This document shows positions 8,631 to 16,385 of a stretch of 64,000 nt of DNA, piece after piece (the stretch's first letter is position 1; each line of letters begins with the position of its first letter). Below the pieces are notes generated by a model that made no database searches, was not told the DNA's origin, and worked only from the letters and a program-made list of their open reading frames with translations. The DNA lies in the NCBI GenBank assembly GCA_023701245.1, contig JAMPXK010000006.1, positions 3,152 to 67,151 on the forward strand, written 5' to 3'. This DNA comes from Elusimicrobiales bacterium. GTDB taxonomy: Bacteria; Elusimicrobiota; Elusimicrobia; Elusimicrobiales; UBA9959. A program made the translations under genes and the position numbers.

Positions 8631-9877
8631 ACCGCCGCCCGCCGGGCCAGCCGGTAGGCGGCCAGGGCCTCCGGGAACGGCGACAAGACCCGCTCCAGCA
8701 CTCCCTTGCATTCCGAGATCGCGGTGCCGTAATTGGTTATGGGGATCCCGGCCGCCGCGGCCCGGCCCATGCGGTTGAGTATCTCCGCGCGGTTGAGCAT
8801 GCAGCCGCCGCACTGGATGGCCAGCTTGTAATCCCCCAGTCCGCCCGGCAGGTCGTGCCCGGCGAAAGTGTCTATCTTCAACTCCCCCCCGGCGGTTTCC
8901 TTAAGCCAGCGCGGCAGCTTTACTCGGCCGATGTCGTCCTCTATGGCATGGTGGCTGCAGGCTTCCAGGACGGCCACCCGGTCTCCGGGCCGCAGGCCGC
9001 GTATGGCGGCGGCCCCGGCGGCGTAGGCGGACAGGTCCCCTTTAAAACGGGCGAACAGGATGGAAAAAGTGGTGCAGGGCACGCCGGGCGGCGTGTGCTT
9101 GACCATGAAGTCCACCACCTGGGAATCGCAGACCACCAGCGCCGGCGGCTCTTTGAGGGCGTCCAGGGCCCGGAGGTATTCGTGCTCGCGGCAGACCAGC
9201 GGCAGGGCGCCGTGGTCCAGCAGGTCGCGCATGGCCTGGACCTGCGGCAATATTATGCGGCCCTTGGGGGCTTCTTTGTCTATGGGGATGATGAACACCG
9301 CGGTCTGGCCGGGTTTTACCAGGTCTCCCAGTATGACGGCCGGGGCGCCGGCCGGCGGCGCGCCGAGGCGCAGCAGGCGTTCTTTCACGGCGGCCACGGC
9401 GGCCTCACGGCGGGTCTTATCCACGGCGGAGCAGAGGATGGGGGCTATGCCGCGGCCGGCCAGGGCGGCGGAGAGTTCCGGGGCGGGCGCGGCGATATCG
9501 GTCTTGTTGACCAGGACGATAACGGGAATGCGCTTTTCGGCGGCGGCCGCCAGGATCTCCTCTTCGCAGTCGCCCCAGCCGGCGGGTTCGGCTACCAGCA
9601 GGGCCACGTCGGCGCGGTCGAAGATGCGGCGGGCGCGTTCTTTGCGGAGTTCGCCCAGGCGGCTGTTGTCGTCGAGGCCGGCGGTGTCGAGGAAGACCAC
9701 GGGACCGACGGGCAGGAGTTCCATGCTCTTCTCCACCACGTCGGTGGTGGTGCCGGGGACCGGCGAGGTAATGGCTACGTCCTGGCCGGCCAGCATATTG
9801 AGCACGCTGGACTTGCCGACGTTGGTGCGGCCGAAGATGGCGATCTGGAGTCTCATCGATTTAGGCGTGCTGTTCAT
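8627..9877 (-). CDS. hydF: [FeFe] hydrogenase maturase GTPase HydF
   Basis: G1 GRTNVGKSS, G3 DTAG, NKTD. C-terminal EACSHH...QCGGC cluster motif. Start moved to ATG 9877 (MNSTPKS, GGAAAGGA SD); the longer ORF reads through repeat copy B. Confidence 0.88.
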   Translation of the reverse strand: MNSTPKSMRLQIAIFGRTNVGKSSVLNMLAGQDVAITSPVPGTTTDVVEKSMELLPVGPVVFLDTAGLDDNSRLGELRKERARRIFDRADVALLVAEPAGWGDCEEEILAAAAEKRIPVIVLVNKTDIAAPAPELSAALAGRGIAPILCSAVDKTRREAAVAAVKERLLRLGAPPAGAPAVILGDLVKPGQTAVFIIPIDKEAPKGRIILPQVQAMRDLLDHGALPLVCREHEYLRALDALKEPPALVVCDSQVVDFMVKHTPPGVPCTTFSILFARFKGDLSAYAAGAAAIRGLRPGDRVAVLEACSHHAIEDDIGRVKLPRWLKETAGGELKIDTFAGHDLPGGLGDYKLAIQCGGCMLNRAEILNRMGRAAAAGIPITNYGTAISECKGVLERVLSPFPEALAAYRLARRAAV

Positions 9878-9895
9878 AGTAGTCCTTTCCTCGGG

Positions 9896-10023
9896 TCCGG
9901 CGGGGGTATGGGGTCTGAAGGCCCTCTCGGAGGCCGAGGCTTGCGTAAGCGACGAGGCCGAGTGAGGAGCGGCGCGAACGGTGTTCGCGACCGCGTGCCT
10001 GAGGACCCCATACCCCCGCCGGA
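9896..10023. repeat. Type-1 nested-hairpin intergenic element, copy B
   Basis: Perfect 20-bp arms (9896-9915 tccggcgggggtatggggtc / 10004-10023) around the conserved core. Lies between the hydE stop and the hydF start. Confidence 0.9.
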
Positions 10024-10029
10024 ACCCCT

Positions 10030-11022
10030 TTATGCCCGCTTCAAACTGTGGCCGAAACCTTCGGCGCGCTGCCGGCCCAGGGAGGCCAGCATGGCGTCCA
10101 CGCAGCCGGCGCACTGCTCCGGCTGTTCTCCGGTGCAGATCTTGCCGGGGTACAGGCTGTAGTCGGCGCGGTTCTCCATGGGGCTGATGTTGGGCATCAG
10201 CACGTTGGCGCCGCAGCCCAGGGCCTTCTGCCTCCCCCTGGGGTCCAGGGTGCCCATGGCGGTGGTGGCCGGGATATGGGTGTTCTTGGTGACGATGCGG
10301 GTCAGCGCCACCATGCGCAGGGCGGCGTCGAGCGTGCCGCAGTCGGCCCCGGCCATGGGGGTTTCGGGGCTGGCGATGAACGGGCCTATGCCCACCATGT
10401 CCAGGTCCAGCTTCTTGAAGAGGAGGATGTCGTCGGCCATGCTTTCCAGGCTCTGGCCGGGCAGGCCGGCCATTACGCCGGACCCTACCTGGAACCCGGC
10501 ATCCTTGAGGCGCGCCAGACAGGCGAAACGCCTGTCGTAATCCGAGTCCGGCTTGAGCATGCTGAAAAGGCGCCGGTCGGAGGTTTCGAAGCGCAGCAGG
10601 AAACGGTCGGCCCCGGCGGCGCGCAGCAGCCTGTACTCTTCGGCGGAGTACTCCCCTACGGAAAGGGTGATGGCCAGGCCGGTCTCGGTCTTTACTTTTT
10701 CCACTACGGCGGCCAGCTCCCTGGGCCCGTAATGGGGGTCTTCGCCGGACTGCATCACCACGGTTTGGTACTTCAGGCGGACGGCGGTGCGGGCGCAGTC
10801 CAGTATCTGCGCCGGGCTCAGGCGGTAGCGGCGCACTTTGGCGTTGCCGGCCCTTATGCCGCAGTAGTAGCAGCGGCGGCGGCAGTAGTTGGAGAACTCT
10901 ATGAGGCCGCGCAGGTGTACGCCGTCGCCTACCTGCTCGCGGCGCACCTTGTCCGCCAGGGCATAGAGATCCGCCGGATCGCTATCCGGGTTGAGGGCGG
11001 CGATGATCTCATTTTTGTTCAT
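10030..11022 (-). CDS. hydE: [FeFe] hydrogenase maturase HydE (radical SAM)
   Basis: 330-aa ORF. Radical-SAM CRRRCYYCGI (CX3CX2C), BioB-like fold signature, position between hydG and hydF. Confidence 0.88.
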   Translation of the reverse strand: MNKNEIIAALNPDSDPADLYALADKVRREQVGDGVHLRGLIEFSNYCRRRCYYCGIRAGNAKVRRYRLSPAQILDCARTAVRLKYQTVVMQSGEDPHYGPRELAAVVEKVKTETGLAITLSVGEYSAEEYRLLRAAGADRFLLRFETSDRRLFSMLKPDSDYDRRFACLARLKDAGFQVGSGVMAGLPGQSLESMADDILLFKKLDLDMVGIGPFIASPETPMAGADCGTLDAALRMVALTRIVTKNTHIPATTAMGTLDPRGRQKALGCGANVLMPNISPMENRADYSLYPGKICTGEQPEQCAGCVDAMLASLGRQRAEGFGHSLKRA

Positions 11023-11039
11023 ATTTGGCCCGGCCCGGG

Positions 11040-11067
11040 CCCCCCTTCCGCAAAGGGTTCGCGGGGG
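11040..11067. repeat. Partial type-2 element (shares 26 of 27 aligned nt with the 3' part of the 16386-16479 element)
   Basis: cccccc-ttccgcaaagggt-t-cgcggggg here versus ccccccc-ttccgcaaagggt-g-cgcgggg at about 16439-16466. Lies in the 70-nt hydG-hydE gap. Confidence 0.7.
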
Positions 11068-11092
11068 AGCGCCACTGACAGCCCGCTGTTAT

Positions 11093-12571
11093 TCAGAAGC
11101 ATAGGTCCCGCTCGCCGCCTTCTATCCTTTTGTAGTAGGTTTCCAAAAGCTTCAGGGTCTCCGGAGGGAAATGCGCTCCGCGGTCGCGGATCTCGTTGAT
11201 CTCGCGGCGGATCAGCGCTTCGCCTTTGGCCCTGGTGGCTTCGGAGGCGAAGTCGTCGAGCCATTCGCGGTAGGTGAGCACGGCGTTGAGCTTGCAGAAG
11301 CGGCTTTCATGCCCGCTCTTGAGCAGTTTCATGATGTGGTCGCCGGTGCGGCCGCAGCGGTAGCCGGAGGCGCAGAAGGAGGTGATGTGGCCCAGGTCGG
11401 CCAGCTCGCCTATCACCTCGTCGAGGGAGCGGGTGTCGCCCAGGATGAACTGCTGTTTCTCGGCTTCCTGCGCGCCGGCGCGCTCGGAGTAGGCGCCTAT
11501 GCCTATGCGGGTGCTGGCGTCGCGCTGGGTGCACATGCCTATGACCTCGCGGATGGTCTCCGGGCGCTCGCGGGCGGTGACTATCATGCCGGCGTAGGGG
11601 ACGGCCAGGCGCAGTACGGCCACCAGCTTCTTGAAATCGGCGTCGGAAACGTTGCGGAGGCTGGCCTCGGGCAGGCTGGTGCCGTCGGCGTTCTCCAGGC
11701 GCGGGAAAGAGATGGTATGCGGGCCGACGCCGAAGCGCGCTTCCAGTTCGCGCGCGTGCGCTACCAGGCCCAGCACTTCGAATTTCCAGTCGGGGTTGAG
11801 GCCGAAGAGGGCGCCCAGGGCCACGTCGTCTATGCCGGCGGCGAAGGCCCGGTGCATGACGTAGAGGCGCCAGCGGTAGTCGGCTTTGGGGGTGCCGCCG
11901 GGATGAAGTCTGGCGTAGAGCTCCCGGTCGTAGGTTTCCTGGAAGACCTGGTAGGTGCCGAGGCCGGCGGCCTTGAGCAGCTTCAGGTCCTCGACGTTCA
12001 TGGGGGCGGCGTTGACGTTGACGCGGCGTATCTGGCCGAAGCCCTTGCGGGTGGGCACTTTGACGGCGTAGATGGTCTTCATGGCCTCGGCTATGTACTG
12101 CGCGCCGGTGGCGGGATGTTCGCCGGTGACGAAGATGAGGCGCTTATGGCCTATGCGCCCGGCGAGGGCTTCGGCCTCGGACCGGATCTCTTCCATGGAG
12201 AGTTTGCGGCGCACGGCCCCGGCGTTGCCGGTGCGGAAGCCGCAGTAGAGGCAGTTGTTGACGCAGAAGTTGGAGGCGTAGAGCGGGGCGAAGGTGATGA
12301 CGCGGTTGTCGTAGACCTTGCGCTTGACATCGCGGGCGGCCTGGTAGATCTCTTCGAGCAGGCCGGGGTCGGTGACGGCCAGGAGCGCCGCGGCGTCTTC
12401 GGGCGGGAGGGCCTCGGAGACGGCGAGCGAACGGGCGAGGATCTCGCGGACGCGGTCGGCCGAAGGGGCCGGGGCGGCGAGCGCCGCTTTCAGCGCTTTA
12501 TCGTCTATGAAGTCTTTGCCGTCTTTGAGGTAGTCTGCGTAGGTGTCTGCGTTAACGGTCACGGTTTGCAT
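11093..12571 (-). CDS. hydG: [FeFe] hydrogenase maturase HydG (radical SAM tyrosine lyase)
   Basis: Radical-SAM CVNNCLYCGF, ThiH-like body, C-terminal Cys triad. Start moved to ATG 12571 (MQTVTVN, GGAGA SD); the longer ORF reads into repeat element F. Confidence 0.88.
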   Translation of the reverse strand: MQTVTVNADTYADYLKDGKDFIDDKALKAALAAPAPSADRVREILARSLAVSEALPPEDAAALLAVTDPGLLEEIYQAARDVKRKVYDNRVITFAPLYASNFCVNNCLYCGFRTGNAGAVRRKLSMEEIRSEAEALAGRIGHKRLIFVTGEHPATGAQYIAEAMKTIYAVKVPTRKGFGQIRRVNVNAAPMNVEDLKLLKAAGLGTYQVFQETYDRELYARLHPGGTPKADYRWRLYVMHRAFAAGIDDVALGALFGLNPDWKFEVLGLVAHARELEARFGVGPHTISFPRLENADGTSLPEASLRNVSDADFKKLVAVLRLAVPYAGMIVTARERPETIREVIGMCTQRDASTRIGIGAYSERAGAQEAEKQQFILGDTRSLDEVIGELADLGHITSFCASGYRCGRTGDHIMKLLKSGHESRFCKLNAVLTYREWLDDFASEATRAKGEALIRREINEIRDRGAHFPPETLKLLETYYKRIEGGERDLCF

Positions 12572-12597
12572 AAGGTCTCCTTGGTTCGGGGCCGCCA

Positions 12598-12698
12598 GGG
12601 TGTTACCCTGGGCCCCACACCCGGGGAACCGTTGCGCGGTTCCCCCGTCCCTTACGGGACGGGTCCCCCTCCCCAAGTGGGGCGTGCGGGTAACACCC
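12598..12698. repeat. Type-2 nested-hairpin intergenic element (copy F)
   Basis: Outer stems GGGTGTTACCC/GGGTAACACCC and GCCCCAC/GTGGGGC enclose hairpins GGGGAACC[gttgcgc]GGTTCCCC and CGTCCC[ttac]GGGACG. Confidence 0.85.
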
Positions 12699-12720
12699 CG
12701 CCGTCCCCTCCAAACAGCGC

Positions 12721-13896
12721 CTAGTGCACGGCTTCGGTTGCGACCGGCACCGGCGCGTCCTTGAGCGTCAGCTCGAAGGAGGTCCCTTCACCGTACTTGG
12801 ACTGCACTTTTACGTCGCCGCCGTAAAGCTTTACCACTTTCTTGAGTATGGACAGGCCGAGGCCGCTGCCGTCGATGTTGCGGGTGTGCTCGTTCTTCAT
12901 GCGCACGAATTCCCCGAACAGTTTGGCGAGCTCCTGCTCCGTCATGCCTATGCCGGTGTCCGAGCAGCGTATGGCTACGGCGCCGTCCTGGCGGGCCAGT
13001 TCGAGGACCGCCCGGCCGCCTTCGCGGTTGTACTTGACGGCGTTGGTCAGCAGGTTGGACAGGACCATGTCCACTTCGCCCGGGTCGGCCGTCATCAGCA
13101 GCTGCGCCGGGGCTTTGAGCTCCACCGTGACTTTTTTGGCTTCGGCCAGGGCGGCGATGTTCTCCAGTATGAGCCCGGCGGTCTTTACCAGGTCCACCTG
13201 TTCTATGGCGCGCCGTTTTTTGCCGGATTCCAGGCGGGTAAGGTCCAGCAGGTCCATGACGAGTTTTCTCATGCCGCCTATGCGGGTGACGCTGCGGTCC
13301 ACCATGGCGTCGTAGGCGGCCAGCTCGGGGCCTTTCAGGCGCTCTTTCATGAGGTGCATGTAGCCTTCCACCGCGGCCAGCGGGCTCTTGAGCTCGTGCG
13401 CGAGGACCGAGATGAATTCGAAACGCACCTGGCGCTTCTCGTCCTCCAGCTTTTTGGCCTTGCGCTGCAGGTAGACGCTGCGCGCGGCCTTGGAGATGGT
13501 GGCGCGGAGTTCTTCCGGAGTAAAGGGCTTGGCCAGGAAGTCGAAAGCCCCGCGCTTGGTGGCGGTGACCGCCACTTCCAGCGAGGCGAAGGCCGTTATC
13601 ATGATGGTCAGGAAATCCCCCGCCCCCGGGGCGGCTGCCAGCACGTCTATGCCGGTCATGTCCGGCAGTTTATAGTCCAGGAGCAGGATGTCCGGGCTCT
13701 TGGCTTTCAGCGCGGCCAGGGCTTCGTCGCCGGTGGAGGCGCTGCGCACGGCGAAGGTGACGGTCTCGCTGAAGTCGGGCAGGGGCACGCTGAAGCCTTC
13801 CAGGGAGCGTTCCGCCCCCGCGCGCATGCCGGCCTCGTCGTCGACGATGAGTACGTCCAGCTGGTGGACGGGCAGGGGGTCAGGCATGACGCTCAC
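12721..13896 (-). CDS. Hybrid response-regulator receiver / histidine kinase (REC-HisKA-HATPase_c)
   Basis: N-terminal REC (VLIVDDE...LLLDYKLPDMTG), H-box SVLAHELKSPL, and N/G boxes (LTNAVKYN, DTGIGM, GSGLGLS). No transmembrane or DNA-binding region. Confidence 0.85.
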   Translation of the reverse strand: MSVMPDPLPVHQLDVLIVDDEAGMRAGAERSLEGFSVPLPDFSETVTFAVRSASTGDEALAALKAKSPDILLLDYKLPDMTGIDVLAAAPGAGDFLTIMITAFASLEVAVTATKRGAFDFLAKPFTPEELRATISKAARSVYLQRKAKKLEDEKRQVRFEFISVLAHELKSPLAAVEGYMHLMKERLKGPELAAYDAMVDRSVTRIGGMRKLVMDLLDLTRLESGKKRRAIEQVDLVKTAGLILENIAALAEAKKVTVELKAPAQLLMTADPGEVDMVLSNLLTNAVKYNREGGRAVLELARQDGAVAIRCSDTGIGMTEQELAKLFGEFVRMKNEHTRNIDGSGLGLSILKKVVKLYGGDVKVQSKYGEGTSFELTLKDAPVPVATEAVH

Positions 13897-14290
13897 CCGC
13901 GCCCATAAGGCGCTTAAGTTCGCTCTTGAGCTGCTCGAAGCGCAGTTCCTTGTGGATTATGGCGTCGGCCTTTATCCAGGTCTTGGGGTCATGGGCCTTG
14001 TCGAAGTAGAAGCCGGTCTCCTTGGTGACCGAGGTCACGATGACCACCGGGATACTGGGGTCCATCTTCTTTATCTTGTGGCTCAGCACGAAGCCGGAAT
14101 CGGGGTTCTCCATCATCAGGTCCAGGACGGCGGCCTTGAAATTGCCGGGCCGGATGAGAGGCTCGGCCTCTTTCTGGGTGGAGGCGCTGACCACTTCGTA
14201 GTCTTCGCTTTCGAGGTAGATCTTCATCTGTTCCATCATATCCGGGTCGTCTTCCACTACCAGGATCTTTATTTTGTTCTTGTCGGTCAT
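13880..14290 (-). CDS. Single-domain response regulator (REC only)
   Basis: 136-aa ORF with ILVVEDD and AAVLDLMM receiver motifs and no output domain. Overlaps the downstream REC-HK gene by 17 nt. Confidence 0.85.
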   Translation of the reverse strand: MTDKNKIKILVVEDDPDMMEQMKIYLESEDYEVVSASTQKEAEPLIRPGNFKAAVLDLMMENPDSGFVLSHKIKKMDPSIPVVIVTSVTKETGFYFDKAHDPKTWIKADAIIHKELRFEQLKSELKRLMGAGERHA

Positions 14291-14314
14291 AGTATTCTCC
14301 TGTCGCCGCTTAGA

Positions 14315-16348
14315 TCATTTGCCCGCGGTCTCCGCTTTCATCTTGATCGCCCCGGCGTCGCGCGCCACGCGGGGCAGTTTTACCGTAAAGGTGGTGCCCG
14401 TCGGGCCCTTGGCCGGGTCGGAGTTGCTCTCTACCGCGATGCTGCCGCGGTGCACTTTGATGATGCCGTAAGAGACCGCCAGCCCCAGGCCGGTCCCCTT
14501 GCCTATCTGCTTGGTGGTGAAGAAAGGCTCGAAGATCTTCTTGGCATTCTCCGGCTTTATGCCGCAGCCGGTGTCCGAAACGCTGAAGCAGACGCTTTCG
14601 CGCTCGGGGAAGGTGCGGATGGTGAGCGCGCCGGCGCCGCCCATGGCTTCCAGGGCGTTGGTCACCAGGTTGGTAAGCACCTGGATTATCTGGTCGGGGT
14701 CCATCTCGGCCTGCAGGTCCTCGCCGGAGCGGTCCACGGTCAGCTTCAGCGTGGCCGGGACCGACGCCGTCTTGAAATAGTTGTCGATGAGGCGTACCAG
14801 GCTGGTCTGGCGGAAGAACGGCTTGTTCTTGCGGGCGAAGTTGAGCAGCCCGCCCACGATCTTCTTGCAACGGTCGGCCTGCTCGGTTATCATCTTGGCG
14901 TCGGCGAAGACGCGGGTGTCCTTCTGGCACTGTTCGGCCAGCAGGTGGGCGTAGAGCAGCACCACGCCGAGCGGGTTGTTGAGCTCATGGGCCACTCCGG
15001 CGGCCAGCTGGCCCATGCTGGCGAGCTTTTCCGACTGCATCAGGGCCTGCTTGGTCTTGGCCAGCTGGTTGTAGGAGACCGTCAGTTCGTCGGCGGTGGT
15101 CTTGAGCCGGTCTATGGTGTAGGGGAGGCACATTTCGCTTTCGGCTATGCCGCGGATGATGGCCACGGCGTGCTCCACGCAGGTGGGGTAGCCGCAGGCG
15201 CCGCAGTTCAGTTCGTCCTCCGGCCTGGTCTTGCCCATCTTGGCCAGGACGGCCTTGAGCTCCTCGCCGGCCGGCAGTTTCATGCGCCGGTCCTCGGCTT
15301 CGAAGGAGGCGCCGTAGTTCAGGCCGCGGAAGCGGCGCACGCTCTCTTCCCAGTCGTTGAGGCGGATGCTGAAATAGCTTTTGCGGGCGTAGCGGCGCAG
15401 GGCGGCCTCGCGCGCGTGCTTGGAGGACTTTACGCTGATGCCGGGGCCCATGATGCAGCCGTTGCAGCAGAGCAGGTCTATGAAATCGGCGTCGATGTCT
15501 CCGTGCTCCATGTTCTTGAGCACTTCCGGGAAGTTCTCCAGCCCTTCCGAAGAGAGGAAGCGGCCGCTCAGCAGGTCCTCTTCGAGTTCGGCGGAGTTGA
15601 GCAGGCCGCCGCCCATGGGGTAGAGCACGCCCTTGGCGGGATGCGGCGGGTCGAACTGGGCGTCCAGGGCGCTGTTGCGGTCCACGCCGGCGTCCTTGAG
15701 GATGGTGCGCAGCTCCACGAAGGTTATGGATTCCGCTATGTCGGCCAGGTTGCGGGCGGTCTCTTCCTTCTTGGCCACGCACGGCCCGATGAAGACCACT
15801 TTTACTTCGGGACCGTACATGTCGTGTATGACCCGGGCCTCGGCCACCATGGGGGAGACTATGGGCGCGAGGCTGCCCACCAGGGCCGGGTGGTATTTTT
15901 CCACGAAGGAGACCACTGCGGGGCAGGCGGTGCTGATGAATTTTTTGCCGGGGTTCTCGTTGATGAGCTTGCGGTACTGCAGGGAGACCATGTCCGCGCC
16001 GAAGGCCACTTCGCAGACATGTTTGAAGCCGAGGGCCTTTAACATGCCGGCGAACCGCAGGGGGTCTATCCCGCCGAATTCAACGGGGAAACTTGGGGCC
16101 AGGGCGGCGGCGACGGGCGCGCCGCTCTTGAGGAGGGCTTTTACGGCGCGGATGGAGTCCAGGGTCTCTTTGGCGCCGCGGCTGCACATGAGCACGCAGT
16201 TGGCGCAGCCTATGCAGCGCTCCTTTATGACCTCGGCCTGGCCGCCGGAGATGCGGATGGCCTTGGCGGGGCAGCCGCGCACGCAGGTATAGCACGCCTT
16301 GCAGCGTTCTTTGATGGTCCTTACTAGTGGCTCGCTATCGGGTGTCAT
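14315..16348 (-). CDS. Sensory [FeFe]-hydrogenase-like protein fused to a histidine kinase
   Basis: Contains a 2x[4Fe-4S] ferredoxin motif. The H-cluster-domain motifs are altered: STACP, GPCVAKKEE, LLCCNGCIMGPG. A CX2CX4CX16C motif (CGACGYPTC...C) follows, then H-box VAHELNNPL and HATPase_c. Start set to ATG 16348 (MTPDSEP). Confidence 0.85.
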   Translation of the reverse strand: MTPDSEPLVRTIKERCKACYTCVRGCPAKAIRISGGQAEVIKERCIGCANCVLMCSRGAKETLDSIRAVKALLKSGAPVAAALAPSFPVEFGGIDPLRFAGMLKALGFKHVCEVAFGADMVSLQYRKLINENPGKKFISTACPAVVSFVEKYHPALVGSLAPIVSPMVAEARVIHDMYGPEVKVVFIGPCVAKKEETARNLADIAESITFVELRTILKDAGVDRNSALDAQFDPPHPAKGVLYPMGGGLLNSAELEEDLLSGRFLSSEGLENFPEVLKNMEHGDIDADFIDLLCCNGCIMGPGISVKSSKHAREAALRRYARKSYFSIRLNDWEESVRRFRGLNYGASFEAEDRRMKLPAGEELKAVLAKMGKTRPEDELNCGACGYPTCVEHAVAIIRGIAESEMCLPYTIDRLKTTADELTVSYNQLAKTKQALMQSEKLASMGQLAAGVAHELNNPLGVVLLYAHLLAEQCQKDTRVFADAKMITEQADRCKKIVGGLLNFARKNKPFFRQTSLVRLIDNYFKTASVPATLKLTVDRSGEDLQAEMDPDQIIQVLTNLVTNALEAMGGAGALTIRTFPERESVCFSVSDTGCGIKPENAKKIFEPFFTTKQIGKGTGLGLAVSYGIIKVHRGSIAVESNSDPAKGPTGTTFTVKLPRVARDAGAIKMKAETAGK

Positions 16349-16385
16349 AATCGTTGTCTGACTTAAGTCCTGAGCTATTAGTGGC

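Noticed and set aside
9896-10023. Whether the nested-hairpin elements are MITEs, IS remnants, CRISPR repeats, integron attC sites, tRNA-like genes or retron ncRNAs.
   Set aside because: No transposase, integrase or reverse transcriptase lies nearby. Termini differ between copies whereas MITEs conserve them. I could see no flanking direct duplications. There is no regular repeat-spacer periodicity. attC sites conserve the ends and vary the centre, which is the opposite of what is seen here. There are no tRNA D/T-loop signatures. They remain unclassified.
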